32,000 nt of DNA from an uncultured Clostridium sp. (GTDB lineage Bacteria > Bacillota > Clostridia > TANB77 > CAG-508), in contig CANAQC010000014.1 of NCBI GenBank assembly GCA_947363765.1, positions 1-32,000 on the forward strand. Reading direction: 5' to 3'. The first letter of the stretch is position 1. Each line of letters opens with the position of its first letter. A program made the position numbers and the translations under genes. This document shows positions 15,223 through 23,758 of the stretch, one piece after another. The notes below the pieces were generated by a model. That model was not told where the DNA came from. It worked only from the letters and a program-made list of their open reading frames with translations, and searched no databases.

Positions 15223-15320
15223 GTAAAAATTACCAAATAAAAAAGGAATAAAAAACATAAATTAATTAATAATAATAAAGAAAAAACAAAAATTACTAAA
15301 AATAGATAGGAGTGGAGAAT

Positions 15321-15512
15321 ATGAAAATAATTGATAGAATTGCATTAGTACTAGTAATTATAGGAGCAATAAATTGGGGCTTAATTGGATTTTTTAATTT
15401 CAATTTAGTAGAAATGATATTTGGAAACATGACAATAATTACAAGAATTATATATGCATTAGTGGGAATATCTGGGTTATGGGCAATTAAACTATTATTT
15501 GATAATGATTAA
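15321..15512 (+). CDS. DUF378 small membrane protein
   Basis: 63 aa. Characteristic ..IGAINWGLIGFF.. motif and two TM helices. The ATG at 15321 follows AGGAG; the track's GTG at 15312 overlaps that RBS. Confidence 0.75.
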   Translation: MKIIDRIALVLVIIGAINWGLIGFFNFNLVEMIFGNMTIITRIIYALVGISGLWAIKLLFDND

Positions 15513-15536
15513 GATGAGGAATACTCATCTTTTTTT
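15513..15536 (+). terminator. Rho-independent terminator after the DUF378 gene
   Basis: Stem gatgag / ctcatc, loop gaata, then TTTTTTT. Confidence 0.65.
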
Positions 15537-15774
15537 ATATAATAGGGAAATTTCATAAAAATTATATAATAAAAGCATTACACACAACATTGCTTTTAGC
15601 AATTTTGATAGGAGAATAAAGATAAGACATATAACTAATCTAATAATATTAAAAAATTTAAATGTAATCCTTTTATTATTGTATAAAACTTAACCCTATA
15701 CATTAACAATTTTATAAGAAATGTAAATTATAATAAAAATAAAGTTGCTTATATAGAGTTATAAAATAAATCCG

Positions 15775-15803
15775 TTGCGAAAAATTAAAAAAGCATGTAT
15801 AAT
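15775..15803 (+). promoter_or_regulatory. Sigma-A-type promoter of the ABC-F gene
   Basis: -35 TTGCGA (15775-15780), 17-nt spacer, -10 TATAAT (15798-15803), 30 nt upstream of the ATG. Confidence 0.55.
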
Positions 15804-15832
15804 AGATAAATATAAAACAAGGAGGAAAAGAA

Positions 15833-17413
15833 ATGTTAGTTGCAAATGGAGTAACCATTCGTTTTGGAAAAAGAGTATTATTTGAAGATGTAAATATACG
15901 TTTTGGAAAAGGTAATTGTTATGGAATCATAGGGGCAAATGGAGCAGGAAAATCAACATTTTTAAAGGTATTATCAGGAGAAATAGAACCAAGCAAAGGA
16001 GAAGTAACAAAAGAACAATTAGAAAGAATATCAGTATTAAAGCAAGATCACTTTGCCTATGAAGAAGAAAGAGTTATAGATACAGTAATTATGGGAAATA
16101 GTGAACTATATAAAATTATGAAACAAAAAGATGCAATCTATGCAAAACCAGATTTTAATGAAGAAGATGGAATGAAAGTGGCAAAACTAGAAGAAAGATT
16201 TGCAGAACTTGATGGATGGAATGCAGAAGCGGATGCTAGTGTACTATTAAATGATTTAGGAATTACAGCAGAAAATCATTATAAATACATGAAAGAATTA
16301 GAAGCAAGAGAAAAAGTAAAAGTATTACTTGCACAAAGCTTATTTGGAAATCCAGATATTTTATTATTAGATGAGCCAACAAATGACCTTGATTTAAAAA
16401 GTATAGATTGGTTACAAGAATTCTTAATTAACTTTGAAAATACAGTTATTGTTGTATCACATGATCGTTATTTTCTAAACAAAGTATGCACACACACATT
16501 AGATGTAGACTTTGGAAAAATAACAGTATATCCAGGAAATTATGACTTTTGGTATGAATCAAGTCAGCTTGCATTAAAACAAGCAAAAGAAGCAAACAAG
16601 AAAAAAGAAGAAAAAATAAAAGAATTACAAGATTTTATAGCAAGATTTAGTGCAAATGCATCAAAATCAAAACAAGCAACATCAAGAAAAAAATCATTAG
16701 AAAAAATTGAATTAGAAGAAATAAAACCATCAAACCGTAGATATCCGTATGTAGATTTTAAACAAGATCGAGAACCAGGGAAAGAAATTTTACAAGTGAA
16801 AAATATATCAAAAACAATCGATGGAGAAAAAATATTAAACAACATATCCTTTACAGTAAAACCAGGAGATAAAATAGCATTTTTAGCAGATAATGAAAAT
16901 GCAAAAACAGTATTATTTCAAATTATATCTGGAGAAATAGAACCAGATGATGGAGAATTAGTTTGGGGGACTACTATTACTAATAGCTACTTTCCGAAAG
17001 ACAACAATTATTTATTTACACAAGAACTTACATTAGTTGATTGGTTAAGACTATATTCAAAAGATCCAGACGAAACATTTGTAAGAGGATTTTTAGGAAG
17101 AATGTTATTCTCAGGAGAAGAAGCACTAAAAAAAGTAAATGTACTATCAGGAGGAGAAAAAGTAAGATGTATACTATCAAAAATGATGTTATCTGGAGCA
17201 AACTTTTTAATATTTGATGAACCTACAAACCATTTAGACATGGAAAGCATTACATCAGTAAATGAAGGAATGAAAAACTTTAAAGGAAACATTCTATTTA
17301 CATCACATGACCACCAATTAACACAAACCGTAGCAAACCGTATTATAGACATAAAGCAAGACAAAATAATAGACAAAGAAATTACATATAATGAATACTT
17401 AGAAATAGAATAA
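15833..17413 (+). CDS. ABC-F family ATPase (two NBDs, no TMD), YbiT/YkpA-like
   Basis: 526 aa. Collinear by eye with E. coli YbiT, from recalled sequence (MLV..NVT..FG...LFE......G..YG.IGANG.GKSTF...). NBD1 Walker A GANGAGKS. Signatures LSGGEK. Walker B LLLDEPTN and LIFDEPTNHLD. Lys-rich interdomain linker. Confidence 0.88.
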   Translation: MLVANGVTIRFGKRVLFEDVNIRFGKGNCYGIIGANGAGKSTFLKVLSGEIEPSKGEVTKEQLERISVLKQDHFAYEEERVIDTVIMGNSELYKIMKQKDAIYAKPDFNEEDGMKVAKLEERFAELDGWNAEADASVLLNDLGITAENHYKYMKELEAREKVKVLLAQSLFGNPDILLLDEPTNDLDLKSIDWLQEFLINFENTVIVVSHDRYFLNKVCTHTLDVDFGKITVYPGNYDFWYESSQLALKQAKEANKKKEEKIKELQDFIARFSANASKSKQATSRKKSLEKIELEEIKPSNRRYPYVDFKQDREPGKEILQVKNISKTIDGEKILNNISFTVKPGDKIAFLADNENAKTVLFQIISGEIEPDDGELVWGTTITNSYFPKDNNYLFTQELTLVDWLRLYSKDPDETFVRGFLGRMLFSGEEALKKVNVLSGGEKVRCILSKMMLSGANFLIFDEPTNHLDMESITSVNEGMKNFKGNILFTSHDHQLTQTVANRIIDIKQDKIIDKEITYNEYLEIE

Positions 17414-17430
17414 AACATAAAAAAACACAT

Positions 17431-17465
17431 AAAACATGGAAACTATATACCAGTTTCCATGTTTT
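17431..17465 (+). terminator. Terminator after the ABC-F gene
   Basis: 14-bp perfect stem aaaacatggaaact / agtttccatgtttt, loop atatacc. An extended -10-like TGaTATAAT follows at 17467-17475. Confidence 0.65.
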
Positions 17466-17503
17466 ATGATATAATACAAAAAATAAAAACTAAGGAGGAG
17501 AAA

Positions 17504-19654
17504 ATGGAGAAAATAATACAAACAATAGCAGAAGAACTAAATATAAAACAATCGCAAGTAGAATCAACCATTAAGTTAATCGATGAAGGAAATACCATTC
17601 CATTTATTGCACGTTATCGTAAAGAAAAAACAGGAGGATTATCTGACGAAATATTAAGAGAATTAGGAGAGAGACTTAACTATTTACGAAATTTAGAACA
17701 AAGAAAACAAGAAGTAAAAAAATCAATTGAAACACAAGGAAAATTAACACAAGAAATTGAAAAAGATTTAGAAAATGCAATCACTTTAGCAGAAGTAGAA
17801 GATATATATAGACCATATAAACAAAAGAAAAGAACAAAGGCAACTATTGCAAAAGAAAAAGGATTAGAACCATTTAGCAATATCATAATACAACAACAAG
17901 AAAAAGAAGAAATCTCAAAAATTGCAAAACAATACATTAATAAAGAAAAACAAGTCAATACACAAAAAGAAGCAATCCAAGGGGCATTAGATATAATTGC
18001 AGAAAACATATCAGATGATTCAAATTATAGAAAACAAATTAAACGAATTTGTTACCGTGAATCTATTTTAGAAACTAAAGGAACAAAACCAGAAGAAAAG
18101 TCAAATTATGAGATGTATTATGAATTTAATGAAAACGTAAATCGTATTCCAAGCCATAGAATTTTAGCAATTAACAGAGGAGAAAAAGAAGAATTCTTAA
18201 AAGTAAAAATAAAAAAACCAGAAGATAAAATTATTAACTTACTTGAAAAAGTAATTATAAAAGGACAAACGCAATATACTGAATATTTAAAGCAATGTAT
18301 ACAAGATAGTTGGAAACGATTAATTGAAAGTTCTATAGAAAGAGAAATCCGTAGTGATTTAACACAAAAAGCAGAAGAACAAGCAATTAAAGTATTTGGA
18401 AAAAATGCAAAACAATTATTATTAGGAGCACCATTAAAAGGATTAATTGTAATGGGATTTGATCCAGCCTATAGAACAGGATGCAAAATAGCAGTTATAG
18501 ATGAAACAGGAAAACTATTAGATACAGTAACAGTATATCCAACACAACCACAAAATGATATAGAAGGAGCAGAAAAGACGCTATTAGAATTAATAAAAAA
18601 ATATAAAATTGATATGATTGCAATTGGGAATGGAACAGCTTCAAGAGAATCTGAAATATTTATAGCAAACTTAATAAAAAAAGTAGAGCATACTATACAC
18701 TATGCTATTGTATCAGAAGCAGGAGCTAGTGTATATTCAGCATCAAAACTTGCAACCCAAGAATATCCTGAAATCAATGTATCCCTAAGAGGAGCAATTT
18801 CAATTGCAAGAAGACTACAAGATCCACTTTCAGAACTTGTAAAAATAGATCCAAAAGCAATAGGAGTAGGACAATATCAACATGATGTTAACCAAAAACT
18901 ATTAGAAGAAAGCCTAACAGGAGTAGTAGAAGATGCAGTAAACAAAGTTGGAGTTGATGTAAATACTGCAACGCCGTCATTACTGTCTTATATATCAGGA
19001 TTAAACAATACAATAAGTAAGAATATTGTTAAATATCGTGATGAAAATGGAAAACTAAAAACAAGAAAAGAATTATTAAAAGTACCAAAACTAGGAAAAA
19101 TAGCCTTCACACAATGTGCAGGATTTCTGAGAATTTATGATGGAGAGAACCCATTAGAAATAACAGCAGTTCATCCAGAAAGCTATGAAAAAGCAGAAAA
19201 TTTATTAAAGAAGATTGGGTATGAAACAAAAGATATTTTGGACAAAGAAAAATTAAGTAAAATAAAGCAAAAATTATCAAATATAGACATAGTACAAACA
19301 TCAAAAGAATTAGATATTGGAGAAATGACATTAAAAGATATCATAGAAGAATTAACAAAACCTGGTAGAGATCCTAGACAAGACATGCCAAAACCAATAT
19401 TAAGAAATGACGTTTTAAAAATAGAAGACTTAGAAGAAGGAATGATATTAACAGGAACAATACGAAATGTAATAGACTTTGGAGCATTTGTTGATATTGG
19501 AGTAAAACACGATGGATTGGTGCATATTTCTGAAATGAGTGATACATTTGTAAGAAATCCATCAGATATTGTAGCCGTAGGAGATATTGTAAAAGTAAAA
19601 GTAATACAAATTGATAAAGAAAGGCAAAAAGTAAAATTATCAATGAAAATATAA
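17504..19654 (+). CDS. tex: Tex-like transcription accessory protein (YqgF/RuvC-like, HhH and C-terminal S1 domains)
   Basis: Signature N-terminus (..IAEEL.I...QV..TI.LIDEGNTIPFIARYRKE.TGGL). C-terminal S1 domain (..GTIRNVIDFGAFVDIGVKHDGLVHISE..). The start is taken as the ATG at 17504 after AAGGAGGAG. The track start at 17459 lies inside the upstream terminator. Confidence 0.92.
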   Translation: MEKIIQTIAEELNIKQSQVESTIKLIDEGNTIPFIARYRKEKTGGLSDEILRELGERLNYLRNLEQRKQEVKKSIETQGKLTQEIEKDLENAITLAEVEDIYRPYKQKKRTKATIAKEKGLEPFSNIIIQQQEKEEISKIAKQYINKEKQVNTQKEAIQGALDIIAENISDDSNYRKQIKRICYRESILETKGTKPEEKSNYEMYYEFNENVNRIPSHRILAINRGEKEEFLKVKIKKPEDKIINLLEKVIIKGQTQYTEYLKQCIQDSWKRLIESSIEREIRSDLTQKAEEQAIKVFGKNAKQLLLGAPLKGLIVMGFDPAYRTGCKIAVIDETGKLLDTVTVYPTQPQNDIEGAEKTLLELIKKYKIDMIAIGNGTASRESEIFIANLIKKVEHTIHYAIVSEAGASVYSASKLATQEYPEINVSLRGAISIARRLQDPLSELVKIDPKAIGVGQYQHDVNQKLLEESLTGVVEDAVNKVGVDVNTATPSLLSYISGLNNTISKNIVKYRDENGKLKTRKELLKVPKLGKIAFTQCAGFLRIYDGENPLEITAVHPESYEKAENLLKKIGYETKDILDKEKLSKIKQKLSNIDIVQTSKELDIGEMTLKDIIEELTKPGRDPRQDMPKPILRNDVLKIEDLEEGMILTGTIRNVIDFGAFVDIGVKHDGLVHISEMSDTFVRNPSDIVAVGDIVKVKVIQIDKERQKVKLSMKI

Positions 19655-19684
19655 GAGCAGAATTAATTTTTCTGCTCTTATTTA
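19652..19684. terminator. Bidirectional terminator between tex and the DUF975 gene
   Basis: 11-bp stem taagagcagaa / ttctgctctta, loop ttaattt. It overlaps the tex stop codon. Confidence 0.7.
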
Positions 19685-19696
19685 AATATTATTATT

Positions 19697-20485
19697 CTAT
19701 TCATTTGAAATAGGATTATCATTATTTTTTTCTACTGGATTTGAATCAGTTCTATTAGCTAATACCTCGTAGAAACAAATAAAACTAACCATGATATAAG
19801 GAATTAACCATAATAATCCAATATATAATGTAAATACAGATAAAATAGCCCATCCAATAAAAGTAAGACCTAGCCAGAAAAAGCTCCATCTATTACCTCT
19901 CATCATAGATTCACTCATTTCTACAATTTCTTTACTAGATTTATCAGGATTATCATATAAAATGTAATAAGATAAAGAATATAAATATCCTTTTATAACT
20001 GCATAAATAATAGATGCCATATATCCAATAAATCCAATAATAGCAATACCACCAAATCCAGCAAAAGCTGTCTCTAAATAGCTAGTATTATAACTATAAA
20101 GCATCATACTACTTGAAATAGAAGCACCAATACCAAAAATAAAAATGATTAAAAAGATAACAACAAGTACAATTGGAATAATCATTTTTAAAATTATATT
20201 ACCAGAAACGCTCCATACCTTGCCAAAATTTGAAAATCCAATATTCAAAAAATCGGTATAAGTTACATCCTCATCTCTTTTTAATTTTATAAAAGACACT
20301 AAAAATCCAAAACCAATTGGAATAGAAATTACAAACTGTGCAATTGGTCCAATAATAGGAATTAAATTAAGTAAAAAACTAATAACAAAAGTAATTAAAC
20401 AATAACATAGAGTAAGAAGAGCAGCTTTTCCCCATTTCCCTTTTAATGCTTCACGTGCATTTAATCTTAATTCTGATGATATCAT
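19697..20485 (-). CDS. DUF975-family integral membrane protein
   Basis: Typical N-terminus (..S.ELRLNAREALKGKWGKA..) followed by about 6 TM segments. ATG at 20485, with an alternative GTG at 20491, downstream of GGAGGA. Confidence 0.7.
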   Translation of the reverse strand: MISSELRLNAREALKGKWGKAALLTLCYCLITFVISFLLNLIPIIGPIAQFVISIPIGFGFLVSFIKLKRDEDVTYTDFLNIGFSNFGKVWSVSGNIILKMIIPIVLVVIFLIIFIFGIGASISSSMMLYSYNTSYLETAFAGFGGIAIIGFIGYMASIIYAVIKGYLYSLSYYILYDNPDKSSKEIVEMSESMMRGNRWSFFWLGLTFIGWAILSVFTLYIGLLWLIPYIMVSFICFYEVLANRTDSNPVEKNNDNPISNE

Positions 20486-20563
20486 TAACACATATCCTCC
20501 TTTTTATTTATTATTCGACTTAATAGTACATTAGTTTATGTAATATGTCAATATAAATAAGCC

Positions 20564-20601
20564 AAAAAATAGATAGAAAGTAAATAAGTACCTTCTATCT
20601 A
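20564..20601 (-). terminator. Rho-independent terminator closing the NRPS / two-component operon
   Basis: On the minus strand: stem tagatagaag(g) / (c)tttctatcta (9 bp plus a bulge) followed by TTTTTT (20569-20564). Lies 20 nt after the response-regulator stop. Confidence 0.6.
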
Positions 20602-20621
20602 AAATATATGTATAACAAATA

Positions 20622-21674
20622 TTATTTATACCTTTCTTGAATACTTTTAACTTCATCATAATGATTATGCAAAATATCTAAGAATACATCAGCAATTTTT
20701 GGATCAAATTGTGTTCCTTTACAACGTTCAATTTCAGAAATAACAACATCTAAAGGAAGTGCATCACGGTAAGTCCTTTTTGAAGTCATAGCATCAAAAG
20801 TATCTGCTACTGCGGTAATACGGGCAAAATAAGGAATGTTTTCACCATTCAATTTACTGGGATATCCAAAACCATCATATTTCTCATGATGATGTTTAAC
20901 AATTGGTATAATATCCTTAAAAATAGTAGCAGTAGATAAAATATGAGCACCAATTGATGGGTGATTTTTAATTTCAGAATATTCATCATCCGTAAGCTTT
21001 CCATCCTTTAATAAAATACTATCTGGTACACCAATTTTACCTATATCGTGGAATAATCCACCAATTTGTAAAGTTTTTAAATCAGAATCAGATAAACCTA
21101 AATGCTTACCAATTAAAACACTAAACTCAGAAACACGGTCAGAATGCCCACGAGTATATGAATCCTTTGCCTCTACAGTATAACGTAAAGTTTGAATACT
21201 TTCCATATAAGCACGTTCTAATTGTTTATAAGTATCTTTTAATTTATCATTCATATCTTTAATCATGTTCATTTGAGAAATAGCCTTGATACCAGATTCA
21301 ATTAATAACAATAACTGATCAAACTTATCACTTTTTTCGCAATACCCTTGAATATCTAGCCTACGAATTGTTTCAAGAGGAGGTGCTAAATCTTTATGAC
21401 CAGTTAATAATAAAATATATAACTCTTTATTAAACTTTCTAATTTCCTCGACTACTTGGTCACCATGAATAGGCATCATAATAAAATCTAAAAGCATTAA
21501 ATCAAAATGTTCATTCTTAACTTTTTCAATAGCTTCTAATGGATTTGTAACACCAGTAAACTCATAACCAGAACGTTTTAAAAAAATAGAAAGAGAATCA
21601 ATAATACCTTCTTCATCATCAACAACAATAATTTTATAACCATTTGAAGAATGTTCTAAATTTCCTTTTCTCAT
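20622..21674 (-). CDS. Response regulator: REC domain fused to an HD-GYP c-di-GMP phosphodiesterase domain (RpfG-like). No DNA-binding domain.
   Basis: 350 aa. REC motifs (IIVVDDEE, ..DLMLLDF.., LLLTGH). HD-GYP motifs (..LFHDIGKIGVP.. and ..HHHEKYDGFGYP..) are intact. Confidence 0.9.
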   Translation of the reverse strand: MRKGNLEHSSNGYKIIVVDDEEGIIDSLSIFLKRSGYEFTGVTNPLEAIEKVKNEHFDLMLLDFIMMPIHGDQVVEEIRKFNKELYILLLTGHKDLAPPLETIRRLDIQGYCEKSDKFDQLLLLIESGIKAISQMNMIKDMNDKLKDTYKQLERAYMESIQTLRYTVEAKDSYTRGHSDRVSEFSVLIGKHLGLSDSDLKTLQIGGLFHDIGKIGVPDSILLKDGKLTDDEYSEIKNHPSIGAHILSTATIFKDIIPIVKHHHEKYDGFGYPSKLNGENIPYFARITAVADTFDAMTSKRTYRDALPLDVVISEIERCKGTQFDPKIADVFLDILHNHYDEVKSIQERYK

Positions 21675-21677
21675 AGT

Positions 21678-21730
21678 TTCACCTCATATTCTAATATATA
21701 TATTATATTAGAATATGAGGTGAAAAGCAA
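21678..21730 (-). promoter_or_regulatory. 19-bp perfect inverted repeat that includes the response-regulator SD, with a promoter-like element embedded in it
   Basis: The arms at 21678-21696 and 21706-21724 are exact reverse complements (ttcacctcatattctaata / tattagaatatgaggtgaa). On the mRNA, GAGGUGA (the SD, 4 nt before the ATG at 21674) pairs with UCACCUC. Minus-strand -35 TTGCTT (21730-21725), 17 nt, -10 TATAAT (21707-21702) in the loop. Confidence 0.6.
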
Positions 21731-21772
21731 GACAAAAGCTTAAAAATATTGAATATTGACGAAAAATGGATG

Positions 21773-23758
21773 TTACAAAGGAAGAATAACATTAAAAGTA
21801 GTTCCTTTTCCGAGTTCTGATTCAAAAGTTATATTGCCATTAAAATGTCCACGAATAGTAGAATAAGACATAAATAAACCAAGACCAGTTCCATTTTTTC
21901 CTTTAGTAGTAATCATTTCCTTAAACAATTTATCTTTTACTTCTTGTTTCATACCTATTCCATAATCACGAACAGATATAATAATAGAAGAATTATCCAT
22001 TTTAACAATAAGATCAATAATTTCATTTACTCTTCCATCATAAGCTTGAATAGCATTTGAGATTAAATTATTGACAACTTGAACAAGACTATTTACATTT
22101 CCTTTTAATACAAAATCTGATTCAATATTATTATTAACATTTAAATCAATTAAAGCATTTTTTAATTCATGTCTCATTAAAATATTAATACGTTTAATCA
22201 ATTCTTCAACAGTAAAATTATCTTGTTCATCTTCAGATAGAGTTACAGCTTGACCTTTAACAGCAGTAATAATATCAGACATATAAGAAGTATGAGTTTT
22301 AATTTTTTCAATCCATTCACTCATATCACGAGCAATATCATGATGGTCTATACTTGTAACTTCAGGATCATCAATCGAAGAATCATATTCTTTAGTCAAA
22401 TCAGATAATCCTTCAGCAGCACCTGCAATTGACATAATAGGAGTTTTTAAGTTATGAGCAATACCACCAACAAGTTGACCAAGAGAAGCAAGACGTTCTT
22501 TTTCAATCATTTTATCTTGATTAGCATGTATTTGCTGAACATGTTTTTTTGTTAAGTTTTGAATTTCATTAAATTGTAAAGTCAAATCTCCAATTTCATC
22601 ATTTGATGTAATAGGCAAATCATCAGCACTTAAAGTATTATCCAAGTTTGTAATATCTTTCATAGCACTAACAATAGCGTTAATATCTTCAGATAATGAC
22701 TGACCTATAAAATAAATATAAAAAATATTAAATAAGATAGTTATAATAGCTACAATAAAAAATGGAGTAAATGTACCGTTATTAAAAACAAAGAAACGAA
22801 TACCAACATAATAATCACCTAAATTTGTATGGACTTTTATTAAAGAAGCTTGCGAATTTTGACCATAATATTCAAAACACTGTCCATTCATTTCTTCATA
22901 ATAATTAAATGTATATTGTATCAAAAAGTTGCTAATAGGATTCTTTGAATAGTAGACCTCTCCATTATTAGCTGAAAACATAATTATTTCATCTTCGGAA
23001 GAGTGTAAGTTAAAAGCAGTCAATGTTTTTTGTACATCTTCTATATCATAAATAGTATTTTCAGAAAAAGTACTAAACAATTCTTCATGGTAAAAATGAT
23101 ATAATAAATCTCCTTTTTCAGTTGTCATAATGCTAATAGAAATTAAAATCATAATAACTGCGGAATATAGAAATAGTGGAAAAGTTTGTGCTAATAGTTT
23201 TTTATTCATATTAAGACGAATACCAATTAATTGATGACTAGACATTGATGAAGTTTGTATTAAAATTCTTTCAAAATAGTGCTTTCCAATCATATAAGAA
23301 ATAGTAGAGTAAATAGCGGAAATAGAAAAAATAACAATACAAATACGTACTAATAATTCAAGGTTAGTATTAAACAAAATTAATAAAACGGCACATATAA
23401 TAGGAGGAATAATAGTTTGCGCTATCAAAAACAAATAAGGATAATTAAAGCAACGTTTTCTTAATTCGTTAATATCATCTTCATTATTTTCTTTATTTCT
23501 ATTTATATATAAATTGCGATAAAAAAATTTAAATGCCAAAAAAAGTGATATACTCAAAACACATGATAAAATTAAAAATTGCATGCTATACTTAATACCA
23601 ACTACTTGAACCTGAAAATTATTGTCAATGGTATTTTTAGGATAATTTAAAATATAAGGAATTAAAAAATACAAAATACAAGTTAATATAATTAATGTAA
23701 AAGTATTAACAAAAGAAAGTTTAGTAGGAGTGCTAAATTTAATTAATTTATTTTTCAT
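21773..23758 (-). CDS. Sensor histidine kinase with a polytopic N-terminal sensor (about 6 TM and a ~130-aa extracytoplasmic loop), HAMP-like linker, HisKA and HATPase_c
   Basis: H-box GGIAHNLKTP. N-box NLISNAIQA. G-boxes DYGIGM and GTGLGL. The start is taken as the ATG at 23758, with AGGTGG 5 nt upstream. It overlaps the NRPS stop by 11 nt. Confidence 0.88.
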   Translation of the reverse strand: MKNKLIKFSTPTKLSFVNTFTLIILTCILYFLIPYILNYPKNTIDNNFQVQVVGIKYSMQFLILSCVLSISLFLAFKFFYRNLYINRNKENNEDDINELRKRCFNYPYLFLIAQTIIPPIICAVLLILFNTNLELLVRICIVIFSISAIYSTISYMIGKHYFERILIQTSSMSSHQLIGIRLNMNKKLLAQTFPLFLYSAVIMILISISIMTTEKGDLLYHFYHEELFSTFSENTIYDIEDVQKTLTAFNLHSSEDEIIMFSANNGEVYYSKNPISNFLIQYTFNYYEEMNGQCFEYYGQNSQASLIKVHTNLGDYYVGIRFFVFNNGTFTPFFIVAIITILFNIFYIYFIGQSLSEDINAIVSAMKDITNLDNTLSADDLPITSNDEIGDLTLQFNEIQNLTKKHVQQIHANQDKMIEKERLASLGQLVGGIAHNLKTPIMSIAGAAEGLSDLTKEYDSSIDDPEVTSIDHHDIARDMSEWIEKIKTHTSYMSDIITAVKGQAVTLSEDEQDNFTVEELIKRINILMRHELKNALIDLNVNNNIESDFVLKGNVNSLVQVVNNLISNAIQAYDGRVNEIIDLIVKMDNSSIIISVRDYGIGMKQEVKDKLFKEMITTKGKNGTGLGLFMSYSTIRGHFNGNITFESELGKGTTFNVILPL

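Noticed and set aside
15537-15774. Leader, attenuator or sRNA in the ~240-bp unassigned spacer upstream of the ABC-F gene
   Set aside because: The best promoter lies only 30 nt from the ATG, so the spacer is probably untranscribed. Only one weak hairpin (aaagca/tgcttt) was seen. There is no leader peptide with an RBS, unlike the attenuators of antibiotic-resistance ABC-F genes.
10214-19643. Shadow ORFs at 10214-10552, 12089-12319, 12112-12294, 12400-12594, 12992-13228, 14633-15019, 16564-16845, 17008-17430, 17680-18009, 19107-19331, 19183-19386 and 19374-19643
   Set aside because: Each is antisense to, or out of frame within, a longer gene with family-diagnostic motifs. All are Leu/Phe/Ile/Ser-rich mirror frames without RBSs.
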